64,000 bases of DNA, taken from the NCBI GenBank assembly GCA_977017645.1, contig OZ360226.1, positions 24,118,001 through 24,182,000 on the forward strand. Reading direction: 5' to 3'. The DNA comes from Torpedo marmorata (taxonomy: Eukaryota). The notes below the pieces were generated by a model. That model was not told the origin of the DNA and made no database searches. It was given only the letters and a program-made list of their open reading frames with translations. This document shows, in pieces, positions 61,615-64,000 of this stretch. Positions within the stretch are counted from its first letter, which is position 1, and each line of letters opens with the position of its first letter. The position numbers were made by a program, and so were the translations under genes.

Positions 61615-64000
61615 TAAACAATAAAATCTGTAGATGCTGAGGTCTAGTGCAGTGCACAGAAATGCTGGAGAAACTGAGCAGGTCATACAGCATCCATAGG
61701 AAGTAAAAGGCTGTCGATATTTCAGGCCTGAGCCCTTCTTCAAGAGTGCTGAAAATCAGATGGACACCTGAATCAAAAGGTGGGGTGAGGGAAGAAAAAG
61801 GGAGAGGAGCACTGTCTTAAGCAGTAAGAGGTGATAGGTGGATACAGGTGGAAAGGTAGAAGATAAAGAAGCTGAGAAGTGATACTTCTCTGGATCAGTC
61901 CAGGGTCTCATGCACTGCTGGATTAGGGCCACCCGCAAATTGGAGGAATAGCATCTCATCTTCCATCTGGGCACCCTCCAACCAGATGGCATTGGCGTCG
62001 ACTTCTCCGGTTTCCGTTAACACCACACCGCCCCCCACCCCCACTTCTTCTTCACCCTGTTGCCTTTCCCTCAGCTTTATCTCTCTCTCTCTTCCCTTTT
62101 CCCTGTCTTCTTTCACAGAGCCAAAATCAATTCTCACTTTCCTCTTATCATATCCAATTAACACCTTTTGTTGGTCTGGACTCCTCCCCCTGCCAGTCTT
62201 CTTTATTCTGACAACTTCCTGTTCTTTTCTTATACCTTAAAGAAGGGCTCAGGCACAAAACGTCAGTAATATATCTTTACCTCCTATGGACTCTGCAGGA
62301 CTAGCTGAGTTCCTCCAGCATTTCTGTGTGTTTTTAACTACTGTTACAAATTCAAACTAGCAACGACAGAAGACGCAATGCAAAAGGGGTAAAATTGAAA
62401 TTTATATTTATTAAAGACAATTAAACATATAATTTCACAACAATTAACCCCACTATAAACATCTATAAACACTATTCTTATCTAAAAGGTGTGTGTGTGT
62501 GTATATATAAAGCCCAGACCATTACAGTCTGTGCCTAACCCTTATGTAAAAATGGAAAAACTTTCCCCAAAAACCCCAGGTCAGTCATAAAAACAAGTCA
62601 GTCAAAAAAAGAATAATACAGTCCACAAAAACTCACTCTCTAAGTTCAGGTTTCAAATTCAGCTCTGTGTGCTGGTAGAAGTACTTCTGAATAAATTTTG
62701 GAGAGAGACAATGACTGTTTATGCTTACAAATACTTGACTTGCTTTTCTTCTCTGATGACGTTCCCTTCTTGTGTTTTCATAAGGATTGCGAATTCAGAT
62801 CCGTTTTGGAATTAAGGCGTTTACTTGGATTTCACAGTTGGTTCTTCACAAAAGCTGCCTTCACAACTCAGAATTCTGCTGAATCATCCGGCCTTGTTTA
62901 CTCCCAGCCCTTTTCTCTGGGATGTACAAGCCTGGACTTTTCTGATTCAAGAGACTCTGTGCTATTCTCCCCACTTCTTCTCTTGGATGCACAGGCCTGG
63001 ATCCTACTGAGTTCTCCCACCTTTTCAACTCCAAAACTTCCACTGAGTTCGTTTTAACTTTAGGCCTCACAAGAGAGAAAAACTCTGCAGCCTGTGTTTT
63101 TAAAGCCTCACACCAAATGTGCTTTTCACAGTTTGTCTCCCCCTGATGTCTCTCTCTGGTAAATACAAGAAGTCCTGGGCAAGTTAACTCTTTCAGTACC
63201 AGGTCCCAGTGTATACTCCAAAAGACTTCATCCTTCCTGCTTACCATCCTCAGACCAAACTGTCAGTCATGGTCCATAACAATACAATCACAGCATCTTC
63301 AGACTTTCGTGTTTCACTCCGTTCAGTTGATCAACTGCGAAATCTCTTCAAGGGATGCCTACCCTGAAGAAGTTCTCCTCCTCTCTTTGAAGGGAGTTCT
63401 GTGAGAGTCTCTCTCACTGCTCCCCATCTGCACTCCCTGCTGCTCTCAAGCTCTACGACCATGTTCTCATCCAGACTCGCTTCCACAGCCTCATGTCCTT
63501 CCTGGCTACTTGCCTCCACCGCCATCTGGTGCCATGTGGATTCCATCTCCGATTCCAAGCCTCCCAGTTTGGCCCCCACCGGGATCTCAGGTACCAGCGC
63601 TGCATTGACTCCTGCTCTTTTCGCTTCTCTCGCCGTATCCTACGGACTACCCTCAGCTCGATGCGCAGGTACCAGTGGACCCCCACTCTCTCACTACCAC
63701 AGCTCTGTACCTTACTCGCCACGACCTGCCACAGACCTCTCCAACACTTCGTCCTCCCCCGGATCCATGTGCTCAACTGCCGATTCTACGCTCTCCTGGC
63801 GTCCATCAAGGATCGGAAGCTCTGTGACCTCCCATGTGGGTGTCCACCTTGGCCCTGGCAGCTTACAGGACCGAGCTCCTGATGTGGGTCTCCACCTAGG
63901 CCCGGGTGACCTACAGGACCGAGCCTCCATCACGATCTCCCACCTTGGCCTCGGCGACCTACAGACCAAACCTTTGACATGAACTTTCACCCTGAACCCG
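61615..64000 (+). mobile_element. Penelope-like element 5' region: inverted pLTR (61615-~61895), direct pLTR (GIY-YIG end + UTR, ~61895-63330, split by a solo LTR) and start of the ORF
   Basis: Inverted gctggagaaactgagc/ctgagttcctccagc arms with hammerhead-like motifs at ~61715 and ~62237; ORF 63493-63882 SFLATCLHRHLVPCGFHLRF resembles PLE N-termini. Confidence 0.7.
62342..63281 (-). mobile_element. Solo LTR of the Gmr1-type family
   Basis: Ends similar to 38919-39766 (TG..CA), middle diverged; imperfect TSD CTAC/ATAC. Confidence 0.9.

Overview
Eukaryotic, repeat-dominated DNA with no confidently identifiable host exon. The repeat set (CR1, Rex1/Babar and L1/Tx1 LINEs, V-SINE/HE1-type SINEs, Penelope-like elements with hammerhead motifs, Gmr1-type Gypsy and BEL/Pao LTR elements, hAT and Tc1/mariner-type DNA transposons) suggests a cartilaginous fish (inference). 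The main observation is three independent insertions (6489-12268 -, 29498-35335 +, 44602-51253 +) of a ~5.8-kb BEL/Pao-derived non-autonomous LTR family. Its single ORF runs SAP domain (SAFB/SLTM-like) - heptad coiled coil - BEL Gag - aspartic protease. In place of RT/RNaseH/integrase it carries an in-frame coiled-coil block that closely resembles the vertebrate host protein MIPOL1 (recalled from memory, needs a BLAST check), in two pieces in permuted order. Other notable structure: a 54-bp target duplication, TG...TA LTR ends, an outward-facing splice donor in the LTR, fold-back Penelope/hammerhead mini-elements and a four-level nest (Penelope > hAT > BEL > L1).
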